A model generated the notes under the pieces. The model did no database searches and was not told the DNA's origin. It was given only the letters and a program-made list of their open reading frames with translations. A stretch of 64,000 nucleotides of DNA from Mobula hypostoma (lineage: Eukaryota): positions 225,744,001 through 225,808,000 of the forward strand of contig NC_086097.1 of the NCBI RefSeq assembly GCF_963921235.1, given 5' to 3'. The position numbers were made by a program, and so were the translations under genes. How positions within the stretch are numbered: the first letter of the stretch is position 1; every line of letters begins with the position of its first letter. Of this stretch, positions 25,310-38,800 are shown in pieces.

Positions 25310-26255
25310 TAAAATTGTAGATGGGTGGGCTAGTGAGTTTGTGGATGATACCAAGATTGGTGGAGTTGTGGATAGTATAGAAGACTGGCAAAGAATACAG
25401 TGTAATATAGATCAGTTGCAGATACAAGCAGAGAAATACCAGATGGAGTTTAACACAGAAAAATATGAGTTGTTGCTCCTTGGTAGGGCAAATGCAAGGA
25501 GACAGTATAAGGGTAAGATCTTTAACAGTGTTGCTGAGCAGAGAGATCTTGGGACCAAGTTCACAGCTCCTTGAAAGAGGATATACAGATCGATAAAGGG
25601 TTAAGATGGCTTATGGAATGCTTGCTTTTATTGGTCAAGATATTGAGATCAAAAGTCAAGAGGGTATGTTGCAACTTTTTAAAACTCTGGTTAAGCCACA
25701 TCTGGGATATTGCATTCAGTTCGGGTCATCCAACTGTAGGAAAAATGTTGAAGCTCTGGAGAGGGTGCAGAAGAGGTTTATCAGGATGTTGCCTGCTTTA
25801 GAGGGCCTGTGCTATCACGAGAGCCTGGATATACTTAGGTTGTTTTCTCTGGAGCACCCAGAGGCTGAAGGGAGATCTGAAGGAGGTTTACAAGATTATG
25901 ACAGGCATAGATAGAGTGGACAGAGAGTATCTGGTTTCCAGTGTAGGAATGTCTTATACCAGAGGGCACATATTGAAGGTGAGAAGGGATAGATTCAACG
26001 AGGATGTAAGGGGTATGTTTTTTTACTCAGAGTTATGGATGCCTGGAATGCACTGCCTGGAATGGTGGTAGAGGCAAATACTTCGGAAGATTTTAAGAGA
26101 TATTTGCATAGGCACATGGATGTACAGAAGATGGAGGTATGTGTACATCACATAGGTAGGATGACTTAGTGTATGGGTGTTTTTGATTTGCATTTTAGCT
26201 GATTTGGCAAAAATTGTGGGCTGAATAGCCTGTACTCGTCTATGTTCTATGTTCT
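25310..26255 (+). mobile_element. CR1 LINE 3' portion
   Basis: DDTKIGGVVDS, LVKPHLGYCIQF..LERVQKRFIRM; (TATGTTC)n tail at about 26240-26255. Confidence 0.85.
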
Positions 26256-26713
26256 AAATTAATACAGTTCTCTGTCAAAAATGTTTGCATTAAGATTTTT
26301 ATGGAGCAATGGTGAATTCTAATGAGGTGCATTCAACTTCAGTATTTTAAGGCATCATTCTTACTGGCTTTCTGTCTACATCACTTCAATCATTAGAACC
26401 TGCATGCTGCAAATATTGTTCGGTAATAAATAACATCTTATTCCATGTCCCTTAAGTCCATTTGGTTGAGTGAGATTTTGTGTGAGGTTTCAGGAGTTTT
26501 GTCTAAACTCCTTTCTTTCATTCTTCTATAGAACGTGATCATTACCAGCAAGGCCAGCAATTCATTTTCCATCCCTGATTGTCCTTGAGAAGGTCGTTAT
26601 CAGCCACCTACTTGAATTAAGTAAAGTGAACCCATATTGTTGCTGAAAGGAGTTCCGTGACTTTAGTACAATGACAATGAACATCACTGATACATTTCCA
26701 AGTCAGAGCTACA

Positions 26714-26970
26714 TGCTATCGTGGTAAAGAATGCTTATTATAGGAGATGAGTCTGTAATGAATGCGCAAGAGGTGAGAACCAAAGGAACAAAGAATTCTT
26801 GAAGAGTATCAAGGTTAGGTAAGATTACAACAAAAAGAGAGGAATATGAGTATATAAAATATAGTGGAACGTAACAGTAAGCTTCCACAAGAACAGAATG
26901 TGTAATACAATATACGAACATTGAATTATTCCTCCAACAAGATTTACCTGGAAATTATCTGCTATATTCA
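26714..26970 (+). mobile_element. Candidate solo LTR
   Basis: TG..CA segment flanked by a GCTACA direct repeat (26708-26713, 26971-26976); TATATAAAA at about 26851. Confidence 0.4.
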
Positions 26971-27324
26971 GCTACAGGAATAAAAGTAGGCACTCCGTGT
27001 GATTGGAGATTGTTAAAATGGTTAACAGTCAGGTGCGGAAGGAATTGGAGCTTGACAATTTAGATTCATTTTCCTTGATGTTCTCAGTGTTAAATCAGGA
27101 AAGATGCAGCGGAACCTGCACAGGATGTGGACAGGATCTCAACATGCTTCTGGAGTATCATGGAGGAATTTTGAAAGGTAACTCTTTCAGAAGTTCATGG
27201 CCACAAATCTGGGCTCTGTTGTTGCAATGGGTCAAGGGTCAATTAAACCAATTTGACTTGATTCTTGTGTAACTTCTGCAGATGCATTTGTACTGCAGTG
27301 TATGAAGTTTGTGACACAAACATG

Positions 27325-28625
27325 CTTAGATTCCCCTACTATTGGAAACATCCTTTCTAGACCCACTCTACCTAGGCCTTAAATGTTTCAATCAGATATC
27401 CCTCATCCTTCTAAATGCCAGCTAGTACAGGGCTAGAGACATCAAACACTCCTCATACATTAACACTTTTATTCCTGGAATCATTTTCATGAACCTCTTC
27501 GGACCCTCTCCATTTTCAACATATCTTTTCTTCGATAAAGGGTCTGAAATTGCTCACAGTACTCGACACGTGGTCGGACCAATGCCTTATGAAGCCTTAA
27601 AATTACATTGTTGCTTTTGTATTCCAGTCCACTCAAAATGAAAGCTAACATTGGATTTGCCTTTAACACTGACTCAAACTGCAAGTTCACCCTCATGGAA
27701 TCCTGCACAAGAAATCCTGTCCATTTTGGATTGAATGCTCAATTAGATGTAACCCCCAGGCTCGCCCAGCACACGTTCATCTAGGGGAATCAGCCTTCGG
27801 CCCCGCCATACTGGGTAATTACGTTTGTGTGGATGCTGTGTAATGTACCCCCAGTTACAAACCCACAACGCAAAATATCAGACAGTACACCATATGCAAT
27901 TAAATGATATAACTTTATGAATCTTAATCTGAATACAAGGTTAGTAATGAAAATAAACAAAAAAGGAGCCCAAAGTCAAGTCAAAATTACGTTGGAGCTC
28001 ACGTAGTCATTCTTCCACCATCGATCTCCTCCGAACATCGCTGACCTTTGGACCCTCAGATCCCAGTCCACTCCGTCCAGTGGTCTAGCAGCTCTCACCA
28101 CACGCATCTTCCTCGACCAAAGACTGCGAGAAAAAAACATCTTTGCAGACTCACAAGACACAGCAACAATCTCTTATTGGCTACCACGCATCCTGTTATC
28201 TCCAGCTATAACCCAAACATTGCTGCTACAAAGAAACCGTTACCTCAGCAGGGAACATTACAAAGAAGCCATTACATTAGCAGTGAAACCTTACAGCGCA
28301 TTACATAGAAAATAGTCCTACACCTTTACTCCTTCTAGGACCTGAGAGTACAGCCTCAGAAAAGAGGGGACATCCACTTCAGACAGAGATTAGGAAGATT
28401 TCTTTTGCCAGATGGTGAAAAATCTGTGGAACCCATTGCCTCAGATGGCTGTGGAGGCCAAGTCATTGGATATATTTAAAGCAGAGGTTAACATGTTCCT
28501 GATCAGTCAGAGAATTAAAAGCTGTGGAGAAAAGGCAGAGGGATAATATATCAGCCATGATGGAGCAGACCCGATGAGCCAAATGTCCCAATTCTGATCC
28601 TATGTTTTACAACCTTATTGTCTTT
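27325..28625. mobile_element. CR1 3' portion with 5' inversion
   Basis: Minus-strand segment 27325-28335 (split by a solo LTR) ends at FPIVG(E)S; plus-strand segment from about 28335 resumes at the SRTRGHSL-equivalent and runs to the 3' UTR. Confidence 0.7.
27748..28305 (-). mobile_element. Gypsy solo LTR (558 bp)
   Basis: TGTAAC..ATTACA ends; 4-bp TSD TAGA (27744-27747, 28306-28309); reverse complement resembles the LTR at 38493-39113. Confidence 0.88.
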
Positions 28626-28825
28626 AGTAGTAAATCTAATCTATTCCAGATTATCAACAAATTTCTGAGAGAGGTCAACACAGTTCTTTAACAAAAATGC
28701 TTGAATTAAAATTTGTCTAAAGCAATGATGAATATTAAATGAGTTTCATTCAACTTCAGTACTAAAAACATCATACTTACGGGCAATCTATCTAAATCAC
28801 TTCAATCATCAGAACAGGGTAATTA

Positions 28826-29110
28826 CTTTACAGCACCAGTGACCACCAATAGGGGTTCAATTCTTGCTGCTGTCTGCAAGTTGTCTGAAAGTTCTCCCTT
28901 TGAAGATGTGGCTTTCCTGTCCTGTTTCCTCCCAGGTACAAAGGCATATGGTTAGGGCCAGTGAGCTGGGGGTTTGGTATGGTGATGCCGGAAGCATGAG
29001 GACATTTGTGGACTGTGCTGGTGGTTGACACAAAATAGCACATTCACTGTACACTTTGTTGTTTGCCATACATGTGACAAGTAAAGCTAATCTTTTCATT
29101 TCTAATCTTT
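28826..29110 (+). mobile_element. tRNA-derived SINE (degenerate)
   Basis: GGGTTCAATTC B box-like motif followed by a body similar to the other SINE copies; (TAATCTT)-like tail. Confidence 0.6.
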
Positions 29111-29140
29111 AGCTTTACTTTCAATTAAACTGATGTGGTA

Positions 29141-30590
29141 ATCAGCATCATCATCAAGTGCCGTGCCCAGTTTGAGCTTTGGCTGCCATGGCCCACACAC
29201 TCCTGTTTCAGGTCAAGTGGATCAATTCATTGGTATTCATTTCCAGTTCTCTGGCTGCTGTCTCCATCATCATTTGTCTTTGTCTTCCTCTTGCTTTCTT
29301 CTCTTCAATCTTTCCTATAATTACCATGCATTCTAACTCCTCTTTCCTAATCACATGTCTAATGAAGTTACGTTGCCTTTTCTTGATCTCACACATTATT
29401 TCTCTTTTAGTGTTTGTCTGTTCATGACATCCTCATTAGATATTTGTTTCGTCCATGATATTCTTTGCTTCCTCCTCAAAAACCACATCTCTGCTGCTTC
29501 AGTTCATTTCCTCATGTTACTAGATATTGTCCAACATTCTGAGCCATATAATATAACTGGATAAACGTAACATTTCAGTACTCTGAGGTGGGTTGTCATG
29601 CCTAGTTTAGTATTGGTCAGTATACTCTTCATTCTCCTAAAGGTGACTTTTGCCATCCCTATTCTTCTTTGATGTCCATGTCGCACCTGCCATCTGATCT
29701 CACCCAGCTTCCTAAGTAGCAAAATTTCAGTACTTGTTTTATGTCTTCCCCATTTATTCTCAGCCTGCAGATAGGATTCTCCTTCTTTTTGGATATCACC
29801 ATACATTCTGTCTTTTTGCAGTTGATAGATAAACCCATTTTTGCACTTTCTTCAACAATTATATCAATTAAGTTTTGTAGTTCTTCCTCCGTACTTGCAA
29901 TTAACACAGTGTCATCTGCATATCTGAAATTATTGATGTTTTCACCACCAACTTTGATTCCCAAGATGTCTCTTATTTTTTGTAATATTGTTTCACTGTA
30001 CACATTAAATAAATCAGGGGAGAAAACACACCCTTGTCTAATGCCTCAATCGTCTTCAAGCAATTCCTGAATATACTAGGCCCATCTGTCCATAATCTCA
30101 TCTTTTTCCATGATAGTGGTACCATTCTTTGCTTTCAAACATCCACCTGAAGAACAGAGGAGCTTTTTACCAGTGATATTCTTGTTTTGTTGATGTAACC
30201 TTTTTGGATCAGTAATAGGGATTCTTTGTATTTGCTCACATTCCTGGTTTAACTATTCTTCTTTGGCTTTTTGACATAAGCTTTTAACTTTTTTATCTAA
30301 GGACTTATATTCTATAGGATTTGCTTTCTTCTGTCTCCTTTCTTCCATTAGATTTTTGATTTCATCTGTCGTCCATTTATTCTTTGTGCTTTTTTCTTTT
30401 TTAGGAATCACTGACTTTGCTGACTCTACAAAGGAATCCTTTAGAGAGTTAAACTTCATGATTGCTATCATCTTCAACAGATTCTATTTCTAGACTTTGA
30501 AATTTATTCTTTACTTCAATTGTAAATTTTTGTCTTAAGTTCTCTTCTTTAATTAATTGCGAGTAGTCAAAGGATGGTTCAGTTGTGGTA
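29141..30590 (-). mobile_element. RTE-clade LINE fragment with internal deletions
   Basis: RQGCVFSPDLFNVYSE..INNFRYADDTVLIA..GLSINCKKTECM; C-terminal IIGKIEEKKARGRQR; (GAT)n tail at about 29141-29155. Confidence 0.88.
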
Positions 30591-31194
30591 ATATACTTCT
30601 TTTTACTATCCATGGTTCGACACTTCTGCCTGCACATCACCTTCAATTTCTGACAATTGTTCTGAACTAGTGATGGACAACTGACTGCGGAGGTTTGCAG
30701 AGACATGATATTTGGACGGGAGGGAGCTCTATAGCCAAAAGTGCACTTACATTTGGCTCAACTCACTGGGTTACAAAATCAGAATTTGATGGCTCTTCCT
30801 CTGAGGGTGTAAATTGAGAAGGAAGAGGTAGGGATTGAAGTCTGTCTAGGGTTATTTGTTAGAAAAAGGACAAGTGTGTCTAATGTGAGCGGCTAGTAGG
30901 AGATATAACTTGATGAAATATCCAGTGGCCTTGACTATGATGTAATTCCTCTGGCATTGGTTTCTTGTTCCAGGTCTTGACTACTCACATTCAACTCAAT
31001 ACACATCTCCTCCTTCAATTATTTCCCTGTCTATTGAGAGGAAGCCAGGATCTCTGTGTCATAAAGAATTCATTCTTCACCTTTTTAACCAAGGTTCATA
31101 GACTGAAAATTAGTCTGTCCCCTGCATTCTATCATCTTCCATTGGTTAATTGCACATAATACCTATCATTTTAATTATCCTTTTATTGATTTTT

Positions 31195-31470
31195 ATTTAT
31201 TTTTTAATTTAGAGATACAGCCCTTCCACTCATGAGCTGTCCCACACCGTAACCCACTGATTTAACCCTAGCCTAATCACAGGACAATTTGCAATGTCTA
31301 AATAGTCTACTATCCAATGCATCTTTGGACTATGAGAGACCAGGACACCTGGAGAAAACAAATGCACACAGAAAGAATATACAAACTTTCTGACAAAGCC
31401 CGCCAGAATGGGACTCTGAACTCCAATGTTTGTGATAGTGTCATGCTAACCGCTCACTACCTCGGCACTC
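31195..31470 (-). mobile_element. tRNA-derived SINE (degenerate)
   Basis: Shares TTTAACCCTAGCCTAATCACAGGACAATT and GCTAACCGCT motifs with the other SINE copies. Confidence 0.65.
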
Positions 31471-31517
31471 TGTGCCACAGAACCTAGGCGGACAGGATTC
31501 TGAATCTTCTTCATGAC

Positions 31518-31933
31518 TGTGACGAAGGCCCGTCACTGACTACGCACGGCACATGGTATACTCAGTAAAACACTCATCCTCAGCTGTAATAGTGACTGGG
31601 TCTGAACCAGAGCTGCTGCATGGAGCTGTCTCATATAGAGGCAGCAGCAATCTGCACAGGTGTGCTGAAGGTGGAGGATACCATCTTTAACTGGATAATT
31701 GAGTTAATTAGCTTTTGGTTGGTTTAGGGGGAGGGACTTAGCTGTTATAAGCCTCAGGTTACCAAGGTTTTGTGGTTAGTTTTCTGTGTTTAGTCTGAGG
31801 GTAGCTTTTGATATTGTTTTTTTTTCCAGTTTTTGTCTTGTTTTGAGGTAGATAAAAGCACTTCAATCTAGTTTTGCCACTCAAGCCATCTTGTTATTTT
31901 TCTTAAACAATTGACCCACAGTTTTTTGCGACA
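31518..31933 (+). mobile_element. Solo LTR (416 bp) of a family not otherwise seen in the window
   Basis: TGTGAC..GCGACA ends; perfect 5-bp TSD ATGAC (31513-31517, 31934-31938); TATAA at about 31746 and GATAAA at about 31851. Confidence 0.8.
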
Positions 31934-32964
31934 ATGACATTACCAAGTGGCCACCTGCAGGTAAGGAAGAAGAGCATCAAGGATCAATCCTTGGACATTC
32001 TAAATGAATTATGTGGTAATGTTGGTGATCACTACAGGTGGTCCAGTTACATTTATATATGTAGATGAGAGGAGTTGCATTAAAAGACATGTCGGTACTA
32101 GATAGTGTCAGAAAACTGCTTGGTGCGCAGCAGGGAATGATGAGGGACCACAGTAACAATTGCACAATATGCAGTTTGTGATGTTGACTGGAGCTGTTCA
32201 GTACTATGATGGGAATGAAATTAAATTTCATAAATATCTATTATCCTTTTTTGGATAACCAATTACTCCAAAAAATACACAATATAGATTTATGGCCACA
32301 TTTTCCCAGGACACCATCTTTGTAACAAACATTTGGTATCAAAAAACTAATGGCTGGTCAATGTCTTTGAAAACCTTCTTATATTCTCTCTTCCATTGAT
32401 GGATTTTCAATCCTGTAGTCCCCTACTTAAGTTGCCTCCTTCAGAGCTATCCGTTTCGAAAGCATTTTTGTTGCTTATTCATGAAAACATCTTCAGTGCT
32501 ATTGTTTAAACTCAAAAACCTGAGTGAAATTTGGTGGCAACAGCTCCTTTAAGGGTGTTTCTCTTCCAGATCCCAGAAGGCAGCCAGAATTCATCGGACT
32601 GCTTGGCCAACCTATGGCTCAGAACAACACAGAAAGTAAAGGAAGAGGTGAAAAAAAAATTGAACAGAAATTTTCCATTCACTGATCCAGGCAAATTTCT
32701 AGAATGAAAATAAAATGCTATTATATATGTTTATATGAAATTGTTCGAACAGCAAGTACATCAAATGCTATGATTCCAGCCTACTGGCAGAGAAAAAAAA
32801 GTGCCCCATAGTTAGTCCAAATCATGAAACATGTCCAAGTGAGCTTAAACATTTTACTAATAACATTAGGTACTGCTGTTCAAGTCAAATCATTTCATAA
32901 AAAGAAGTAATAAAATTGAATTGCTCTGGAGTTCCTCCAACACGTTGCTCATTGACTTGAGGGT

Positions 32965-33222
32965 TTAATTTATTCTGTTTTATTTAGAGATACAGCACAG
33001 AGTCATGCCTTCCAGCCCAGTGGGCCTGCACCACCCAATTACACCCGTGTGACCAATTAATCTAAGCTATATGTCTTTGGAATGTGGGAGGAAACTGGAG
33101 CACCTGGAGGAAACCCACGTGGTCACGGGGAGAGCTTACAAACTCCTCACAGACAGCTTTGTGAATTGAATCCAGGTTGCTGGTGCTGTAGAGTAATACC
33201 CAAACCGCTACACTCCCATGAC
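32965..33222 (-). mobile_element. tRNA-derived SINE
   Basis: GAAACCCACGTGGTCACGGGGAGA..ACAAACTCC body shared with 23797-24066. Confidence 0.75.
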
Positions 33223-33336
33223 ACCAAGGTTTTTGGGGAAGGTGCATAATGGCAGGCACATTTCTTAAAATGTGACAGTCTGGCACGACCCCACCATCCT
33301 CAGTTTGCAATGACACATTATTTGCGTCTTTTAATT

Positions 33337-33595
33337 GGGGTGGCACTGTAGTGTAGTGGTTAACACAACGTTTTACAGTACAGGCAACCCGGGTACAATT
33401 TCCACTGCTGTCTGTAAGGAGTTTACACGTCTCTCCATGACAGTGCGGGTTTCCAAAGACATACTAGTTGATAGGTTATTTGGTCATTGTGAATTGTCCT
33501 GTGATTAGGCTAGGGTTAAATTAGGGGTTGCTGGGCCATTTGAATTTAAGGGTCTGAAGGGCCTATTCTGCTCTGTATCTCAATTTAAAAAATTA
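33337..33595 (+). mobile_element. tRNA-derived SINE
   Basis: GGTGGCACTGTAGTGTAGTGGTTAAC A box-like head; ends CTGTATCTCAATTTAAAAAA. Confidence 0.75.
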
Positions 33596-34164
33596 AGAAA
33601 TAAAATCATACCATTCTATTACTACAGTGACTTTTCTATTGCATCCCCTGAGATACCCAGATTTGACTCCAGTATTATGCCAAAAGGCACACAAAGCATT
33701 GTCTCCTATAATACACAGCAAACTTACATTTAGAAAATAAGATGTATAATTCTTCATTTGATTAAAATAAAGCCTCAAATTTGTTAATTTCCATTTTTTT
33801 TAATCAAACTTAGTTTCAAAATGAATCAATAGCTAGACAGATTTAGACTAATATTTGGCTTAAGAACCATACCCTGCAGCAAGTCATTAAGATTATCCTG
33901 AACAATCATACTTCTGGTTAGGATTACAAAAACAGAATATATTTAAGTAATAATCACAGTGTATGCATAACCATCTGGCCGGTTTAAAATTCTGATAGAT
34001 GACTGAAAGATGGGAATTGCTTCTACTACGTTGTGATCCAAATGAAGTGAGCACCATTTGGGTTTCAGATATTGCAGGTGCTAAGATGGACTAAGGAGGT
34101 TAAAACATGATTTAGTATGTAAGGCGTTAGAGAATGGAATTATGTGCAAAGACCTACATAACAA

Positions 34165-34440
34165 ACATTGAAAGTGAGATGTGGTAGGTTCAAGGGAAAT
34201 GTGAGGGTAAATTTTTTACTCAGATTCGTAGATGCCTGGAACGTATTGCCTGGAATGATGGTAGAGACAATTACATTAGAGGATTTTAAAAGATGTTTGG
34301 ATAGGTACATGGATGTAAGGAAGATGAAAAGATATGGACATGGAGTCGGTCGGAGGGATTGTTTTTGATTTGCATTTCAGCTGGTTTGGCACAACATTGT
34401 GGACAAGATGGCCTGTTCCTGTGCTGTGCTCTTGTATGTA
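34165..34440 (+). mobile_element. CR1 3' end
   Basis: KVRCGRFKGNVR..VDAWNVLPGMMVE..FKRCLDRYMD. Confidence 0.8.
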
Positions 34441-34487
34441 AGAATAAATAATTGCAATTTGTTTGCAGAGCTTAAATCTCACTCTTA

Positions 34488-34690
34488 AATTTATTTATTG
34501 AGATACAGTGTGGAATAGGCCTTTCTGGCACTTCGAGCCACACCACCCAGCAACCCCTAATTTAACCCTAGCCTAATCAAGGGTCAATTTACAATGACCA
34601 ATTATCCTACTAACCAGTAGGTCTTTGGACTGTGGGAGGAAATCCATGCAGTCGCGGGGAGAACATATAACCTCCTTACCAACTGGGGTG
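34488..34690 (-). mobile_element. SINE 3' fragment
   Basis: Matches the SINE body (TTTAACCCTAGCCTAATC..GTCTTTGGACTGTGGGAGGAAA). Confidence 0.7.
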
Positions 34691-35677
34691 GGTTGTGCTA
34701 CTTACCTTGTAGAGCAGCACAACTTTAAAGAGTGCAATTAAAATTGACCATACATTTTTTTAAACACACAGGGAGGGTTTTCAATGATACGCCCATGATA
34801 GATACGGTGTTGATCAGATGAGTATCAGAAAAGTCAGGGTTGAGAGACCAGAATCATTCTCAGAATAAGTACGTGTTATGCTTTGAACCTAAGGTACAGA
34901 CACTGAATAGCCTGGTTGCAACAAGCCACTAGCTTGATATGATGGGAAATCATTGTCCTTCTGCACAGAACCTTCAACAGACAGGGACTATTCATGGAAA
35001 TTGAATGGGAACTGGAGGAATTACTCAAGATTCAAGTACATTTATTATCAAAGAATGTATAAATTATACAACCTTGTGATTTGCTTGCTCACAGCTATCC
35101 ACAAAGCAAGAAATCTGAAAGAACCCAATAAAAGAAAAAAAGAATAAAAATAAAAATAAAAAAAACAACACTTGATGTGCAAGAGAATAAAAAGTCACGC
35201 AAACAATTGAAGCGAACAACAGCTTATTGCCATCAACATCCCTGAGGTTCTGCTACTTGTCTACACACAAGTGGCCAAGCAACCTATCCAACAGATTCAG
35301 ATTTCATTATCACAGGTACATTGAAATACGTAGTGAAATGAGTCATTTATATTAGCAACCAACACACCCAAGGATGTGTTGAGGGCAGCCTGCAAGTGTC
35401 GCCACACCTTCTGGTGCCAACATAACATGCCCACAATGTTCAGCAGGACAACAGAGAACATAAAGAAATAGAACATACCAAGCAATGAAGCAGGTGTGGT
35501 GAAACAAGTCCCATTCCTCCCTCCCTTTTACCCACCCATACATAAATAGCCCTCTAACTCAACACAGGCTGTCTTCAGCCTACAGCTTCCTGCGGACTAG
35601 TGGGTTCATAGATAATGGGCCCTGTCTAACCCAGTGAACTCACAGATATTTGCAGACTTGAAGCTCCAGCCATCAGG

Positions 35678-35808
35678 CCTTGACTAGACTTTTGATCGAC
35701 CTTCAGGCCTTGACCTAGACCGCCGACTGACCTTCGAGCTTTGATTCAGACCTCCAATCGATCTTCAAGCTTTGATCCGGACTTCCGATCATCCTTTGGA
35801 CTTTGATC
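35678..35808. repeat. Degenerate minisatellite, unit about 31 bp, about 4 copies
   Basis: Units such as CTTTGATTCAGACCTCCAATCGATCTTCAAG and CTTTGATCCGGACTTCCGATCATCCTTTGGA. Confidence 0.7.
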
Positions 35809-35821
35809 TTTGGTATCTACC

Positions 35822-38800
35822 CAGAATTCTCCGATGATGCGTGCTTACCCACACACCCGCCCCCCCCGGGGCAGAAAAGTAAAATGGACAGGAGACTGGA
35901 GACTATCTCAACCCGTTGGAGCCCTTCGGACAGAGGTGGGATGCAAAACATGAGGGGCCCTTCGGATAGAGGTGCGATGCAAAATGTGAGGAGGCTTTTA
36001 AATCGCTGAAAGAGTTGCTGACCTAGGCAACGGTGCTGGCTGTTGCGGACCCCGGTTGTCCTATGTACTACACACTGATGCCAGCCGAGAGGGATTAGGG
36101 GCTGTCTTGTATCAAAACCAGGGTGCCGGTTTGAGACATGTAGCGTTAGTCAGCTGGAGTTGGTCGCCCTCCGAGAGAAACTATACCATGCACAAGTTGG
36201 AGTTCCTGGCGTTGAAATGGGTGGTGGTGGATAAGCTGAGTGACTATCTCTACGGGGCCAAGTTTGAGGTGAGGACGGACAACAACCCGCCTATTTATAT
36301 CCTGACATCGGTGAAACTGGATGCCACAGGCCATCGGTGGTTGACTGCCTTGTCGTCGTATGATTTCAGCCTGAAGTACCAGCCCGGGAGCCGGAATGTC
36401 GATGTGGACGCTTTGTCCCGAAGGGTGCATGAGGAACTGGAGAGGGACCAGGAGTGGGAGAGCGTTCCTGCCTCTGGGGTAAAGGCCATGTGTCAGTTTG
36501 CTATCACCGTGAAGGTCGAGGAAAAGGAGATGCCGTATCACGCAGTGGACCCACCAGGGGATTCTGACGATAACCTGCCCCGAGTTTACTGTGACCTGAC
36601 TGCTCTGAAGACCAAGCAGCTGCTGGAATTGAGTCCGGGGAAAGTGGCAGCTTGTTCAGCGAGATGACCCAGGCATTGGCATCGTTCGGTACGCGGTGGA
36701 AAAGGGGGATATGGCGTGGGCAGAGAAGATGAAACACGCTTCGGTGCCTCTGTTACTGAGGGAATGGCCTTGGTTGAAGTTGAGGAAACAAATTTTATAT
36801 CGGGTCATGTCAAGCCTGGGCTGACCTCGGTGTTGGCAGTTGGTCCTGCCTGAGAAGTATTGGAAGATTGCGTTGAAGTCACTGCACGATGAGTCTGGAC
36901 ATTTGGGGGTGGAGAAGACCGATGGATTTCTCGAAGACAGATTTTGCTGGCCTCGAATGAAGTCGGAGGTTAAAGAGTACTGCAAGTCGTGCATTTGCAG
37001 CATATGCCGGAAAACACTGCCTGTGCAGGCTGCTCCTTTGTCACATTTGCAGAGTGCGGGGCCCCTGGACTTGGTGGGTATGGATTTCCCGTTATAGAAC
37101 CCGATGCTAGCAACATGGACCACTACACTAGATATGCTCAGGCTTTTCCAACCAAGGACTAGAGGGCGACTACAGTGGCATAAATGTTATGGGAGAAGTA
37201 TTTTGTGCATTATGGCCTTCCCTAGCTGATACATAGTGACCAGGGATAGGACTTTGAGTGTAAGCTCATCTACGAGTCACTGGGCATGCTGGGAGTTGAG
37301 AAATCGAGGACCACACCCTATCATCCGCAGGGCAATCCCCAGCCAGAGGCGTTTAATCGGACCTTGCTAGACATGCTCGGGACTCTAGAGATCAGCAAAA
37401 AGAGCAGAAGGAACCAACATATTGGGCATCTGGTTCACTGTTACAACTGTACATGCAATGAAGCTACTGGGTGTTCGCCCTATTATCTGATGTTTGGGCG
37501 TGAGGCGAGGTTGCCCATTGAACTCTGTTTCGGGACTGATGCGGGTGACGTATAGCCGAAGCCTTATCTGAAGTATGTGTCTGATATGAGGAGAGAGCTG
37601 AAAAGGGCTTACGAATTGGCTGGGGTGGCAGCCGCCAAGCAGAATTGGGGAAATAAGAGGAGGTATGACCAGAAAGTGAAGTTCTCCCAACTACTGCCGG
37701 AAGACCGAGTCCTCATAAGGAACTTGGGTTTACCTGGAAAGCACAAGTTGGCTGACCGCTGGGCAACCACACCCTATGTGGTGGAAAGTCAGATGCCAAA
37801 CCTACCGGTATTCCAGATGAGGGCAGAGGACGTGAAGGGGCCTGTCAAGAGACTCCATCTGAACCACCTATTGCTCGGGTGCAGGTAGACCAAGAGACCA
37901 AATTGGAGTTTACGGCTAGTACAAGGATTCTGCGGAGGCACAGGGCGAGGGAAGAGCCCACCGCGAAAGCGACGGGGCCAGGCCCAGCCCCGGAAAGAGA
38001 TACTGCTTCGGAGGATGAAGATTTGGATGTATGGTACATGCTGCCATTCGCTAACTCCCCTGTGACGGAGGAAGAGACTCCAGGCCCTTCTCTCACTGTG
38101 TCAGGGGAGGTGAGGGGGGCTATTGGTGTGCAACAGGGAGTGCAGCCGGACTCTGGAGGAGAGGGAGGGAGGCCCGAACCCGAGGCAGGGGGCTCCGAGT
38201 TGCAGAGGGATTTGAGTGACAGATCGCGGGAGGTTCCGTCAGGTAGCCCCAAAGTGTCCCTAGTAGTGTCTGAGCCGGAGAAGCTAGAAGAGGGGGTACG
38301 GAGGTCTCAGAGGATTAGGAACCCCCGGAGAGGTTGGCCTATGTAGCGCCTCAGGAGCAGGACGTGATCTCTACTGTTTTGGGGAGTTATGTCGCTGCTT
38401 TCTGCACTTGGATTCGGCTGTGTGCTCTGCAGGAAGGGTTGGCGAATTATCTGAATGTCATGAAGGCATGACTTAATTCGGCGGGGGGAGGATGTAGGGT
38501 TCTCAGTAATATTAACTGCAATGTTAACTGTTAGCTGCTAATTATAAGATGGCTTCTCTGAAGTTTAATAATGAAATGGCTTCTTTGTAATGTTAATTAT
38601 GAGGTACTGTTCTCTGTAGCTGAAATGTTTGGGTTGTAGTTATAGATAACGGAGGAATTAACCAATGGAAGCTATGTTATTCTATCTGTATGTGTGGGAA
38701 CCTGGGTCAGTGTGCGAGCTTTTCGGGAGGAGAACCGAAGAGGAAGGACATGCCGGATACACTCTGATCGACCTCCGTGGTTGGTCCCAGGCAGCGGGTC

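Noticed and set aside
35678..35808. CRISPR-like array
   Set aside because: Degenerate contiguous tandem units with no spacers, in a eukaryotic context.
37879..38346. env-like extra ORF in the Gypsy element
   Set aside because: Low-complexity acidic/Pro-rich tail ending in RRSQR, typical of integrase C-termini; no signal peptide or transmembrane segment.
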